A DNA stretch of 64,000 bases from an uncultured Verrucomicrobiae bacterium (GCA_963764165.1 CAVXRD010000003.1:544001-608000), one strand, 5' to 3'. Counted from the stretch's first letter, positions 19,656-29,587 are shown. Made by a program: numbers and translations. The notes: generated from the sequence alone by a model not told the origin.

Positions 19656-20165
19656 ATGCGCTTACACGATCTTAAACCACGCCCCGGCGCCAAGCATCGC
19701 CGCAAACGCCTCGGCCAGGGTGAATCCAGCGGCCACGGCAAAACCAGCGGTCGCGGCGGCAAAGGCCAGACAGCCCGTTCCGGCAGTTCCATTCGCATTG
19801 GATTTGAAGGCGGGCAGATGCCGTTGATTCGCCGTATTCCCAAGCGCGGATTTAACAACGCCAATTTCGCCACTCGCTATGTCCCGATCAATCTTAAGTC
19901 GTTGAGCCAATTCAAAGAAGGCGCGACCGTGGATGAAGCGGCGCTGCGCGAAGCGGGTTTGGCTAATGGCCCCGTGAAACTGGTCAAAATCCTCGGCACC
20001 GGCGAACTGTCCCTCAAGCTAACGGTGAAGGCCCATGCTTTCAGCGCTTCAGCCAAGAGCGCGATTGAAAAAGCGGGGGGCACATGCGAATTGATCCCCA
20101 TCAAGAGGCCGGTCACGCCTGAGAGCGAAGGAGCAGTCAAACCAGCCAAAACGCAAGCCAAGTAA
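19656..20165 (+). CDS. rplO: 50S ribosomal protein L15
   Basis: GKTSGRGGKGQTAR, FEGGQMPLIRRIPKRGF. Confidence 0.98.
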   Translation: MRLHDLKPRPGAKHRRKRLGQGESSGHGKTSGRGGKGQTARSGSSIRIGFEGGQMPLIRRIPKRGFNNANFATRYVPINLKSLSQFKEGATVDEAALREAGLANGPVKLVKILGTGELSLKLTVKAHAFSASAKSAIEKAGGTCELIPIKRPVTPESEGAVKPAKTQAK

Positions 20166-20176
20166 GACTTTCCTAG

Positions 20177-21562
20177 ATGTTCACGTCCATCATCAACACC
20201 CTCAATAACTGCTTCAAAATACCGGAGCTGAAGTCGCGAATCCTCTTCACCATCGTGGTGTTGGCGATTTGCCGCATCACGTCGATTATTCCGGTCCCGG
20301 GGCTGGATGGATCGGCGCTGGCGCAGTATCTGGACGAAACCGCCAACAAAAGTGGCGGTGGCGGCCTGCTTGGCATGTACACCATGTTCACGGGAGGCGG
20401 CTTTGAGCATTGCGCCATCGGCGCGCTGGGCATCATGCCCTACATCAGTTCCACGATTATCCTGCAATTGGTCGGCGCGATCATCCCCTACTTGAGCAAG
20501 CTGGCTCGCGAAGAAGGCGGACGCACAAAGCTGATCCAATACGGTCGCGTGCTGACGTTGTTTCTTTGCCTCGGCCAGGGATTCGTGATGGCGCTGGGTT
20601 GGGAGCACGCGGGTGGCATTTTCCCCGGTTTCACCAAAGACGTTGTCCTGTTGCACCCGCTCTGGTGGTATCGAATTCAGACGACGTTCATTCTGACCAC
20701 TGGCACCATGCTTTTGATGTGGCTGGGTGAACAAATTACCGACCGCGGCATCGGCAACGGCATTTCCCTCATCATCACGATCAACATCCTGGCCCGCCTG
20801 CCTCAGGCTGGACAAGGTTTGTGGGATATGTTCGGTGCAACGACCCAAACCGGCGATCATCGTTACAATTTGTTCCATTTCGCAGCGCTTATCTTGCTGC
20901 TTTGCGCGGTTGTCGCAGGAGTGGTGGCGGTGACACAGGCGGAGCGAAAGATTCCGGTTCAATACGCCCAGCGGGCCGTTGGCCGCAAGGTTTTCTCGGG
21001 TGGAAGCTCGTTCATGCCATTGCGTGTGAATTATTCGGGTGTCATGCCCGTCATCTTTGCCTCGGCCATCTTGATGGTTCCGACGATGATCTTGAATTTC
21101 CTTGGCCGCACCTACGGGGTTCATGTCTTTGACGAATTGGCGGCTCAATTGGCCCGCGGTTCCCTGCTCTACATCGTGCTTTACGCGCTGATGATTCTGT
21201 TCTTCTCCTATTTCTGGGTCGCCACGCAGTTCAATGAATTGCAGATCTCGGATGATATGAAGAAATCCGGCGGCTATATTCCGGGCGTTCGTCCCGGGCA
21301 GGCCACCAGCAACTTCCTCCATCGTGTGATGAGCCGCATCACCCTGGCCGGCGCGCTATTTTTGACGATTATCGCCGTCATTCCGATTATTCTGGGCAAC
21401 GCCATGCAGGTGCCGAGTCAAGTCGCGCAGTTTTTTGGCGGCACAAGTTTGTTGATCATGGTCGGTGTCATGCTGGACACCATGCGGCAAATGGAATCCC
21501 ATCTGCTTATGCGCCATTACGACGGGTTTTTGAAGAAAGGCCGGATTAAAGGCCGGTTCTAA
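20177..21562 (+). CDS. secY: Preprotein translocase subunit SecY
   Basis: LGIMPYI, WLGEQIT..GIGNGISL, IPGVRPG, GGTSLLI. Confidence 0.98.
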   Translation: MFTSIINTLNNCFKIPELKSRILFTIVVLAICRITSIIPVPGLDGSALAQYLDETANKSGGGGLLGMYTMFTGGGFEHCAIGALGIMPYISSTIILQLVGAIIPYLSKLAREEGGRTKLIQYGRVLTLFLCLGQGFVMALGWEHAGGIFPGFTKDVVLLHPLWWYRIQTTFILTTGTMLLMWLGEQITDRGIGNGISLIITINILARLPQAGQGLWDMFGATTQTGDHRYNLFHFAALILLLCAVVAGVVAVTQAERKIPVQYAQRAVGRKVFSGGSSFMPLRVNYSGVMPVIFASAILMVPTMILNFLGRTYGVHVFDELAAQLARGSLLYIVLYALMILFFSYFWVATQFNELQISDDMKKSGGYIPGVRPGQATSNFLHRVMSRITLAGALFLTIIAVIPIILGNAMQVPSQVAQFFGGTSLLIMVGVMLDTMRQMESHLLMRHYDGFLKKGRIKGRF

Positions 21563-21593
21563 TCCTGGCGCTTCGGCGTCCGGACATCCCCTC

Positions 21594-22385
21594 GTGGCTG
21601 GAAAAATGATCATCTTGAAAACCGAGCGCGACTTGGAGTCGATGCGTCCCGCGTGCGAAGTGGCGGGAACGGTGCTCGAAGAAGTAGGCGCTTTTGTGCG
21701 CCCGGGGATCACGACGAAGGAATTGGACGATTTTGCGGCCGAGCGGATGCGCATCCACGGATGCAAAAGCGCGTTTTTGGGCTATCGTAAGTTTCCGAGG
21801 CAGATTTGCATCTCGGTGAACGAAGAAGTGGTGCATGGAATGGGCGGCGCACGCCGTTTGGAATTTGGGGACATCGTCAGCCTGGACGTGGGCGTCGTTT
21901 ACCACGGTTACATCGGGGATACGGCCAAAACGGTGGCCGTCGGCGGCTGCGATGTGAAGGCCCAGCGGTTGATGGATGTGACGGAGCAGTCACTCTACGA
22001 GGGCATTGCGCAGGCGATTCCCGGCAACCGTGTGGTTGACATTTCGCGCGCGGTGCAGAAGTATGTCGAGTCCAACGGTTACAGCATTGTGCGGGAGTTC
22101 GTTGGCCATGGCGTGGGCAAAACGGTGCATGAAGAGCCCCAGGTGCCCAATTTCGTGGAGTCGGATCGGCAATCGCCGAAGCTGCGTCCCGGGATGACGC
22201 TGGCCATCGAACCGATGGTCAATGCGGGGACGCCGCAAGTGGCAGTTTTGAAAGATGGCTGGACAGTGGTGACGAAAGATGGTCAACTCTCCGCCCATTT
22301 TGAACATACGGTGTTAATCACCGAGGGTGAACCGGAAATTTTAACATGGCCCGCAAAGACGCCATCGAGGCTGAAGGCAGAATAG
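21594..22385 (+). CDS. map: Methionine aminopeptidase type I
   Basis: SVNEEVVHG, GDTAKT, GHGVG..HEEP, AIEPM, SAHFEHT; start may be ATG 21607-region or GTG 21594. Confidence 0.96.
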   Translation: MAGKMIILKTERDLESMRPACEVAGTVLEEVGAFVRPGITTKELDDFAAERMRIHGCKSAFLGYRKFPRQICISVNEEVVHGMGGARRLEFGDIVSLDVGVVYHGYIGDTAKTVAVGGCDVKAQRLMDVTEQSLYEGIAQAIPGNRVVDISRAVQKYVESNGYSIVREFVGHGVGKTVHEEPQVPNFVESDRQSPKLRPGMTLAIEPMVNAGTPQVAVLKDGWTVVTKDGQLSAHFEHTVLITEGEPEILTWPAKTPSRLKAE

Positions 22386-22564
22386 TGGAAATTCTTGCCG
22401 CAACTTTGTATCGCGTCGAACTGGCCAACGGGCACAGGCTGCTCGCCCATGTTTCGGGCAAGCGCCGCCTGGCCTTTGAGCGGATGACATTGGGAGACAC
22501 GGTGAAGGTGGAAATGTCCCCTTACGATTTGTCGAAGGGCAGCATTATTTCGGAACGCGAGTGA
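22346..22564 (+). CDS. infA: Translation initiation factor IF-1 (divergent)
   Basis: [27 protein letters not shown]; canonical position between map and rpmJ. Confidence 0.85.
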   Translation: MARKDAIEAEGRIVEILAATLYRVELANGHRLLAHVSGKRRLAFERMTLGDTVKVEMSPYDLSKGSIISERE

Positions 22565-22569
22565 ACTTT

Positions 22570-22683
22570 ATGAAAGTGAGAGCATCAGTTAAAAAGCTTT
22601 GCGAGAATTGCAAAGTCGTCAAGCGCAAGGGCATCATTCGAGTGATTTGCTCGAATCGCCGCCACAAACAGAAACAAGGCTAA
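22570..22683 (+). CDS. rpmJ: 50S ribosomal protein L36 (Zn-ribbon type); absent from the ORF track
   Basis: Manual translation [37 protein letters not shown]. Confidence 0.97.
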   Translation: MKVRASVKKLCENCKVVKRKGIIRVICSNRRHKQKQG

Positions 22684-22692
22684 GAAGAATTT

Positions 22693-23088
22693 ATGGCTCG
22701 AATTATCGGTGTTGAAATCCCGGGCGAGAAGCGAATCGATATCGCTCTGCGCTATATTTACGGCATTGGCCCCACCAATGCCAAAGTGATCCTGGCCAAG
22801 GCCCAGATTGATCCGGCGATCCGCGCCAAGGATCTGAGCGAAGCGCAGATGTCGCAGATCGTTCACGCCATCCAGGACGGGAAGTATGTGATCGAAGGCG
22901 ATCTTCGCCGCGAACTCGGTTTGAACTTGAAGCGCCTGCAAGGCATCAAGTGCTACCGCGGCGTCCGCCATTTGCGCGGCCTGCCCGTCCGCGGCCAGCG
23001 CACCTCCACCAACGCCCGCACACGCAAAGGACCGCGCAAGACAGTCGGCGTGCAGCGCAATCCCAACGCCAAGACAGGCATTCACTAA
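22693..23088 (+). CDS. rpsM: 30S ribosomal protein S13
   Basis: [31 protein letters not shown]. Confidence 0.98.
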   Translation: MARIIGVEIPGEKRIDIALRYIYGIGPTNAKVILAKAQIDPAIRAKDLSEAQMSQIVHAIQDGKYVIEGDLRRELGLNLKRLQGIKCYRGVRHLRGLPVRGQRTSTNARTRKGPRKTVGVQRNPNAKTGIH

Positions 23089-23097
23089 TTTTCGTTT

Positions 23098-23706
23098 ATG
23101 GCTGAAGAACCAAAAGCAAAGAAGCCCGCCCCGAAGAAAGAGGGAAAACCCGAAAACGCCGACGCAGCGAAAAAACCCGCTGCCGCTGGCGCCGCTGAAG
23201 GCGCAGCGCCTGCCGCTGAGGGCAAGAAACCCGCTCCGGCCGAAGGTGGAGCGCCTGCCGCCCCTTCCCCGGTCGCCGCCGCAGCCGCTCCGACAGCCGC
23301 TGAATTGCTGGCTGACGACGCGAACGCCAAGAAGATCATCAAGGCCAAGGGTTCAAAGAACATCTCGGTCGGCGTCGCCCATATTCTCGCGACTTTCAAC
23401 AACACGAACGTCACCATCACCGATATGCAGGGCAATGTGCTCGGCTGGTCGAGCGCTGGCCGCGTTAATTTCAAGGGATCCCGCAAGAGCACCGCGTTCG
23501 CCGCGCAGCAGGTCGCCCAAGATGCTGCCCGCCAGGCGATGTCGCACGGCATGCGCGAAGTGGAAGTTCACGTGAACGGTCCGGGATCGGGCCGCGAATC
23601 CGCCATTCGCGCCTTGCAGGCGATTGGCTTGGAAATCTCGACGATCAAGGATGTCACGCCCATTCCGCACAACGGCTGCCGCCCGCGCAAAAAACGCCGC
23701 GTGTAA
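23098..23706 (+). CDS. rpsK: 30S ribosomal protein S11 with ~75-aa Ala/Pro/Lys-rich N-terminal extension
   Basis: [36 protein letters not shown]. Confidence 0.97.
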   Translation: MAEEPKAKKPAPKKEGKPENADAAKKPAAAGAAEGAAPAAEGKKPAPAEGGAPAAPSPVAAAAAPTAAELLADDANAKKIIKAKGSKNISVGVAHILATFNNTNVTITDMQGNVLGWSSAGRVNFKGSRKSTAFAAQQVAQDAARQAMSHGMREVEVHVNGPGSGRESAIRALQAIGLEISTIKDVTPIPHNGCRPRKKRRV

Positions 23707-23728
23707 TCATCAACCGACTTTAACTTAT

Positions 23729-24337
23729 ATGGCTCGTTATACAGGACCTCGCACTCGCATCAGCCGCCGCTTCGGCATACCGCTGTTTGGCCCGGACAAA
23801 TATCTGGAACGCCGCAATTACGGCCCCGGTGTCCACGGCCCCAAGTCCCGCCGCAAGCACACCGATTACGGTTTGGGCCTGCTCGAAAAGCAGAAGCTCC
23901 GCTATTTCTACGGCTTGATGGAACGCCAGTTCCGCGGCGTGTATGAGCGCGCCCTGCGCCGCCGCGGCGTCACCGGCGAGCAGATGCTCCAGATTTTGGA
24001 AACTCGTTTGGATAACGTTGTTTACCACCTCGGTTTCGCCATCACCCGCGCTGCGGCGCGCCAGATGGTCAGCCACGGCCACGTCAAGGTGAACGGCCGC
24101 AAGGTCAACGTCCCCTCCTACGCTTTAAAAGTGAATGACGTGATCGAAGTTCGCGAAACGAATGTTTCCCGCCAATTGGCGACCAAGAACCTCGAGTTGT
24201 CCACCAGCAAAGTCGTTCCGGATTGGCTGATGCTGACCAAGGATGCCTTCAAAGGCACGGTGATGCGAATTCCGACCCGCGCCGAAATCCAGCCGATCGC
24301 CAATGAGCAGGCTGTCGTCGAATTTTATTCCCGCTAA
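23729..24337 (+). CDS. rpsD: 30S ribosomal protein S4
   Basis: MARYTGP, EKQKLR, LETRLDNVVY, VVEFYSR. Confidence 0.97.
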   Translation: MARYTGPRTRISRRFGIPLFGPDKYLERRNYGPGVHGPKSRRKHTDYGLGLLEKQKLRYFYGLMERQFRGVYERALRRRGVTGEQMLQILETRLDNVVYHLGFAITRAAARQMVSHGHVKVNGRKVNVPSYALKVNDVIEVRETNVSRQLATKNLELSTSKVVPDWLMLTKDAFKGTVMRIPTRAEIQPIANEQAVVEFYSR

Positions 24338-24438
24338 TCCAGTAAACCGTCCCGTTTCGACGGGACAAAACAATTACATGGGCAGCTTCGTCGGCGGGAA
24401 CGGCGAGCGTGCCAGATTAAAATTGTTGAAAGGAAAAT

Positions 24439-25452
24439 ATGCCGATTCGTTTAGGTCGTTTTGAAATGCCAAAACGGTTGACCAAAGAGGATTCAACCGC
24501 AACAGAAACTTATGCCAAATTCGTGGCGGAGCCATTTGAAACCGGTTACGGACACACCATTGGCAACTCGCTCCGCCGTGTCCTGCTCTCTTCCCTCGAA
24601 GGCGCGGCCATTTCGTCCATCAAGGTGGACGGCGCTGTTCATGAATTTGCCACCATCGATGGTGTTGTCGAAGACATGACGGAAATCGTGTTGAACCTGA
24701 AGAAGATTCTCTTCCGCGCGCAGGCTCGCGATACACAGACTTTGCTCTTGTCGGTCAACAAGGAAGGCCAGGTTTTGGCCGGCGATATCGAATTGGTTCA
24801 GAACCTCGAGATCGTGAATCCGAAGCAGCTGATTTGCACGCTCGACAAGAAGAAGAAATTCGAGATGGAGCTGGAAGTCAAAGTCGGCCGCGGCTTCTGC
24901 CCCGGCGATGAAAACAAGAAGCCCGACCAAGCCATTGGCGTCGTTGCCATCGACTCCCTGTTCTCGCCGGTGACCCGCGTTAAGTATTCGGTGGAAAACG
25001 CCCGTGTCGGCCAGCGCACGGACTATGACCGCCTCTTGATCGAGATCTGGACCGACGGACGGCTCACCCCGGACGACGCACTGACCCAGGCTTCCGCCAT
25101 TTTGCAGCATCACCTCGATGTCTTCGTCGGCTACGACAAGAACGCGGTGGAATTCGAAGAGACCGAGGCCAAGCAGGACGACGAGAAGGCCAAGATGAAG
25201 AAGCTGCTCAATATGAGCGTCAACGAAATCGAATTGAGCGTCCGCGCGGCCAACTGCTTAAACAACGCGAACATCACCACCGTCGGCCAATTGGCCATGA
25301 AGACGGAAGCGGAGATGCTCAAGTATCGCAACTTCGGAAAGAAGTCCCTGAATGAAATCAAGGACAAGCTTTCCAGCCTTGGGTTGTCCCTCGGCATGAA
25401 CATTGATGCCGCCCTTCTGGAAGCTCCGAAGGACGAAAACAAGATCGAATAA
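24439..25452 (+). CDS. rpoA: RNA polymerase subunit alpha
   Basis: EPFETGYGHTIGNSLRRVLLSS, RVGQRTDYD, LSVRAANCL, NFGKKSL. Confidence 0.98.
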   Translation: MPIRLGRFEMPKRLTKEDSTATETYAKFVAEPFETGYGHTIGNSLRRVLLSSLEGAAISSIKVDGAVHEFATIDGVVEDMTEIVLNLKKILFRAQARDTQTLLLSVNKEGQVLAGDIELVQNLEIVNPKQLICTLDKKKKFEMELEVKVGRGFCPGDENKKPDQAIGVVAIDSLFSPVTRVKYSVENARVGQRTDYDRLLIEIWTDGRLTPDDALTQASAILQHHLDVFVGYDKNAVEFEETEAKQDDEKAKMKKLLNMSVNEIELSVRAANCLNNANITTVGQLAMKTEAEMLKYRNFGKKSLNEIKDKLSSLGLSLGMNIDAALLEAPKDENKIE

Positions 25453-25463
25453 GGATTTAATTT

Positions 25464-25931
25464 ATGCGCCACCTGAAACGCACGGCCAAACTCGGCCGCA
25501 CAGGACAGCATCGCAACCGCATGCTGGCCAGCTTGGTTTGCAGCCTGATCAAACATCGCCGCGTCAAGACGACCTTGGCCAAGGCCAAAGCCGCTCGCTC
25601 CGTCGCGGAAAAAATGATCACGCTCGGCAAAGCCGGCACGTTGCATGACCGCCGCCTCGCTTCCGCCCGCCTGCACCAGGACGAAGACGCGGTGAAGATT
25701 CTTTTCAACGACATCGCGCCCACCCAAAAGGAACGCCGCGGCGGTTACACTCGCATCGTTCGCCTGGGCCAGCGCCAGGGCGACGCCGCTCAAACGGTGA
25801 TCCTTGAGTTTGTCGACGTCCCTGTCCCGGAAGCTCCGGCTGAACCTGCCAAGACTGGCACGTCCGAGTCCAAAGAGCCCGAGAAGGCGGAAGACAAGAA
25901 GGAAGAGAAAACCGCAGCCGCCACGGCTTAA
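25464..25931 (+). CDS. rplQ: 50S ribosomal protein L17
   Basis: MRHLK..KLGR, TTLAKAK, RRGGYTRI..RQGDAA. Confidence 0.98.
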   Translation: MRHLKRTAKLGRTGQHRNRMLASLVCSLIKHRRVKTTLAKAKAARSVAEKMITLGKAGTLHDRRLASARLHQDEDAVKILFNDIAPTQKERRGGYTRIVRLGQRQGDAAQTVILEFVDVPVPEAPAEPAKTGTSESKEPEKAEDKKEEKTAAATA

Positions 25932-25954
25932 TTTTTTCCGCAGTATTTGCTGGC

Positions 25955-25976
25955 ATCCGGTTCTTTGGAACCGGAT
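25955..25976 (+). terminator. Hairpin after rplQ (possible terminator or 3' stabilising stem)
   Basis: atccggttc-tttg-gaaccggat is a perfect 9-bp stem, but there is no clear U-tract. Confidence 0.35.
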
Positions 25977-26019
25977 AGCCATGGGCGGCAGAGAGCGAAA
26001 CGCAATCCAAAGCAACGCC

Positions 26020-27087
26020 ATGACCCCGCCGCCCTCAACATCACCCACGCCGAAATCCCTCGGCTTTCGCATGCCTGCGGAATGGGAGCCCCACGCTGGC
26101 ACTTGGTTCACCTGGCCCCGGCCCGAAGGCATCAGCTTCCCCGGGAAATACGACACCGTCCCCCCTGTTTACGCGGAGCTAATCCGCCATTTGGTCACAG
26201 TTGAGGACGTGCATATCAATGTATGGAACGAGGAAATGGAGCATTGGGTGCGTGGCCTCCTCACTGGCGAGCACGTGCCGCTGGAACGCGTCCAATTTCA
26301 TCATTTCCCCGCTTACGAGCCGTGGTGCCGGGATCACGGCCCAATTTTTCTGGTCAAAGGCGACGACAGTCATCGTGAACGCGCGGTGGTCGATTGGGAT
26401 TACAACGCGTGGGGCGGCAAATACCCGCCCTTCGATCTCGACGACGCCATTCCACAGCACGTTGCGAAGTTTTATAACCTTCCCCTATTCTCTCCCGGCA
26501 TCATCCTCGAAGGCGGCTCCATCGAGGTGAATGGCCACGGCACCGTCCTAACCACAACTTCGTGCCTGCTGAACCCGAATCGAAATCCGGCGCTCAGCCA
26601 GCACTCCATTGAAACGTATCTTTGCGATTATCTCGGCGTGAATCAGGTTTTGTGGCTGGTCGACGGAATTGTCGGCGATGATACCGACGGCCACATTGAT
26701 GATCTGGCGCGCTTTCTCAATCCAACGACGATTGCGGTGGTCACAGAACAAAATCGGCACGACGCAAATTTCGAGCCGTTGAAGGAGAACTTGGAGCGAT
26801 TGCGATTGATGAAGGATGCCGAGGGGCGAAGCTTCCGAATCGTCGAACTGCCCATGCCCGGGTTGATCGAATACGACGGCCAGCGGCTTCCGGCAAGTTA
26901 TGCGAATTTCTACATCGCGAATGGAATGGTGCTGGTCCCCACCTTCCGTGACAAAATGGACCGTGAGGCACTGGCGATCTTGCAGCGGGAATTTCCAAAT
27001 CGCCAGGTTATAGGCGTGGACTCAACTGAATTGATCTGGGGGCTTGGCTCGTTCCACTGCATCTCGCAACAGGAACCGCTGGGCTAA
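26020..27087 (+). CDS. aguA: Agmatine/peptidylarginine deiminase family protein
   Basis: RMPAEWEPH, WCRDHGP, LEGGSI, DTDGHID, ASYANF, GSFHCISQQ. Confidence 0.9.
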   Translation: MTPPPSTSPTPKSLGFRMPAEWEPHAGTWFTWPRPEGISFPGKYDTVPPVYAELIRHLVTVEDVHINVWNEEMEHWVRGLLTGEHVPLERVQFHHFPAYEPWCRDHGPIFLVKGDDSHRERAVVDWDYNAWGGKYPPFDLDDAIPQHVAKFYNLPLFSPGIILEGGSIEVNGHGTVLTTTSCLLNPNRNPALSQHSIETYLCDYLGVNQVLWLVDGIVGDDTDGHIDDLARFLNPTTIAVVTEQNRHDANFEPLKENLERLRLMKDAEGRSFRIVELPMPGLIEYDGQRLPASYANFYIANGMVLVPTFRDKMDREALAILQREFPNRQVIGVDSTELIWGLGSFHCISQQEPLG

Positions 27088-27098
27088 ACGAACATCCC

Positions 27099-27689
27099 CT
27101 ACTCGTTCAAACCGTAATGGCGGAAAGTGTAGAGCGACCGATCGTTCGGCAATGGAAGCGCCGCAGGCACAACGACCGGATTTGCCAGGATAATGCGCGG
27201 GACTGGGCGCTGGCGCTGTTGTGGAATGAAGTCCAATCCCGCCTGCTGCGCGACTTGCTCAAGGTAGGTCATCATTGGAAGCGAGCTGGCTTCCTTTACC
27301 TCATCCACCGCCAGCAACGCAACCAGCGCGCCCGCGCGGGATTTGCGCCGCGACATCCAAGCGTCCACCCAAGCGCGGAATTCCGGCGTAACTTCATCGG
27401 CTCCGCGCACGGACATGACAATGACATCCGCTATGGCGGCAGCGCCAGCCGCCTTGCGGCGGATGACGGTGCTGGCGAGCGTGCCGATCTCAAACCATGC
27501 GTGCTGAACTCTGTCCTGGCCGGCGAGCCGCGCCGCTTCGCGCAAAACCTCCATCCCCCACTCGCGACCCAAGTCGTCCTGATAGACTGCCGTAATGTTT
27601 AAACTGTAGCTCGCTTCCGATAGCTCACGTTCCACCTCACCGGGGAAAGCCCCTCGGTCCAAAAGCTCAATGACTTTTACACTTTTCAC
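27099..27689 (-). CDS. Hypothetical protein (alpha/beta, ends RHYGLNE)
   Basis: 196-aa ORF filling the gap convergent to aguA; globular-looking composition; start uncertain. Confidence 0.6.
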   Translation of the reverse strand: MKSVKVIELLDRGAFPGEVERELSEASYSLNITAVYQDDLGREWGMEVLREAARLAGQDRVQHAWFEIGTLASTVIRRKAAGAAAIADVIVMSVRGADEVTPEFRAWVDAWMSRRKSRAGALVALLAVDEVKEASSLPMMTYLEQVAQQAGLDFIPQQRQRPVPRIILANPVVVPAALPLPNDRSLYTFRHYGLNE

Positions 27690-27790
27690 GCAGTGTTTTT
27701 ACAGTGTCATACCTGATGGGATCAGAAAAGTGGGGTGATCACCCTACCAGCGCTGGCACGCGGGTTTCAAAGTGCTTGCAATCGTGCATT

Positions 27791-28537
27791 TTACAACGCC
27801 CCGACAACAGCGTCGACTGCCGCCTGCAACGCCCGAATCCGCATCTCCAAACTGAAGTCGGAAGGCGCCTCCAACGTGTAGCTCTGGCGGGTCTTGTGCG
27901 CTATCAAATACATGGCTTCCGGCCAGTTTGGCCGCTCCGCCGGATCGACGTTCGGGCGGATGATTCCGCCATGGGCGGGCCACGTTTCTATCACAGGCGA
28001 CATGTCCACAGGGCAAACTTTTGCGACTGCGTCAATAATTTTTTCAGCGAGCGAGGGCTTTTTGTCCGGGTTTAGCTCGTAAAGATAAAACCCGCTGGAC
28101 TCCCAATCCTCATGCAGGCAAAGCGAGACGTCGAACCGCGGCTGCAGTTGAATCCACTCCGCGTGCGCACGGCATTCGGCGGAATGGAAGTGGCGATAGT
28201 CACGGTTCAAATCGACACCGCCGGCGTTTTCGCGGCGGTGAAGCTCGAAACCCGCGGGATTGAGGCACGGGCATATGGTTATCGAGATATCCTCTGGCCA
28301 GTGGTCATCTTCTATCAAGCGCAGGGCTGCCATCGGACCGGCCGGTTCGTCACCGTGAATTCCAGTGGAAATGTAAACACGCGCCCGGGAGGGCTCCGCG
28401 ATTCTGTGGTAGGCCAGAAAGGTTCCATCGCGCGCCCAATGTCTTGCCGACGCGGCACTTTCTATATTTGACAGAACACGATGGATGTCGATGAGTTCGC
28501 CGAAGTAGCCGCCAAGATTTTTTCCGAGGCGCTCCAC
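27791..28537 (-). CDS. M14 metallocarboxypeptidase (succinylglutamate desuccinylase/MpaA-like)
   Basis: GIHGDEPAG (HxxE), NPAG..RREN..DLNR, LHED, TLEAPS. Confidence 0.85.
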   Translation of the reverse strand: MERLGKNLGGYFGELIDIHRVLSNIESAASARHWARDGTFLAYHRIAEPSRARVYISTGIHGDEPAGPMAALRLIEDDHWPEDISITICPCLNPAGFELHRRENAGGVDLNRDYRHFHSAECRAHAEWIQLQPRFDVSLCLHEDWESSGFYLYELNPDKKPSLAEKIIDAVAKVCPVDMSPVIETWPAHGGIIRPNVDPAERPNWPEAMYLIAHKTRQSYTLEAPSDFSLEMRIRALQAAVDAVVGAL

Positions 28538-28543
28538 GGCCGG

Positions 28544-29587
28544 TTACTCGTCTTCGAATCCGTGATCCCAGCGCGGGTCAAGCCCGAGGTCCTTGAGCAT
28601 TTGCAAGTCACGCTCGACAGGCTGATTCAGCGTTGTCAAATAATTCCCGACCATCAGCGCGCTCGCGCCCGCCGCAAACACCATGCTCTGCATGTCCCGC
28701 AAATTAACCGTCCGCCCGCCCGCGATCATGATTTCGCGGCGCGGCAGGATGAATCGGAAACAGGCAATGGTTTTCAGCACTTCCATCGGCGCCAGCGGCT
28801 CGTTGTTTTCAAACGGCGTGCCCTTAATTGGATTGAGTATGTTGATGGGAACGACGCTCGCCCCAATTTCTTTCAACGAAAACGCCAGGTCGCAGCGGTC
28901 TTCGCGCGTTTCGCCCATTCCGAGAATGCCGCCCGAGCAAATCCGAATGCCCGCCGCCTTGAGATACGAGATCGTTTGCAGGCGGTCTTCGTAGGTGTGG
29001 GTCGAGCATGTATTTGGGAAAAAGCGCCGGGAACTCTCGAGATTGTGCCCGTAACACTCCAAGCCCGCTTCCTTCAATCGGTCCGCCACGCGCTGGCTTT
29101 TGATAATGCCGAGCGAGGCGTCAGGCCGGGTCTTGCCGCTGCCGGCCAATTCGCGAATGCGATCGCAAACCTCGTCCAGCATCGGCCCCTCGTTAAGGCC
29201 GCGCCAGGCGGCAACCAATCCGACCGCCGTGACGTTATTGCGACTGGCTTCGTCCGCGGCTTCCTGCACCGGCTCAGGATCGACAAACCCGTAACGCGGC
29301 GACCCAGTCTGGTAATGGGACGATTGCGCGCAAAAACTGCAATTCTCGGAGCAAGCGCCAGCCTTGGCGTTCACGATGGAGCAAAGGTGAATCTTGTTGC
29401 CCTTGAATCGTTCGCGAATGCGGTTCGCCCCCGCCATGAGATCGAAAATATCCGCCGTGCTCTCGAGACTGATCATCCAAAGAGCCTCGTCGCGGGTGAT
29501 TTCGCCGCCTTCGAGCACTCGCGTCATCAGCTCGGAAATCGTTGTGTGCGTCGTTGCGTCAACTGGTTCCACTGTCATGGTTGACAT
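28544..29587 (-). CDS. bioB: Biotin synthase (radical SAM)
   Basis: CSENCSFCAQS (CxxxCxxC), HNLE, CSGGILGMGE, VPIN, GNYLTT. Confidence 0.95.
   Translation of the reverse strand: MSTMTVEPVDATTHTTISELMTRVLEGGEITRDEALWMISLESTADIFDLMAGANRIRERFKGNKIHLCSIVNAKAGACSENCSFCAQSSHYQTGSPRYGFVDPEPVQEAADEASRNNVTAVGLVAAWRGLNEGPMLDEVCDRIRELAGSGKTRPDASLGIIKSQRVADRLKEAGLECYGHNLESSRRFFPNTCSTHTYEDRLQTISYLKAAGIRICSGGILGMGETREDRCDLAFSLKEIGASVVPINILNPIKGTPFENNEPLAPMEVLKTIACFRFILPRREIMIAGGRTVNLRDMQSMVFAAGASALMVGNYLTTLNQPVERDLQMLKDLGLDPRWDHGFEDE

Noticed and set aside
25804..26019. Agmatine deiminase N-terminal extension overlapping rplQ
   Set aside because: Family homology starts after ~26020; the upstream part is an alternative frame of rplQ plus a hairpin
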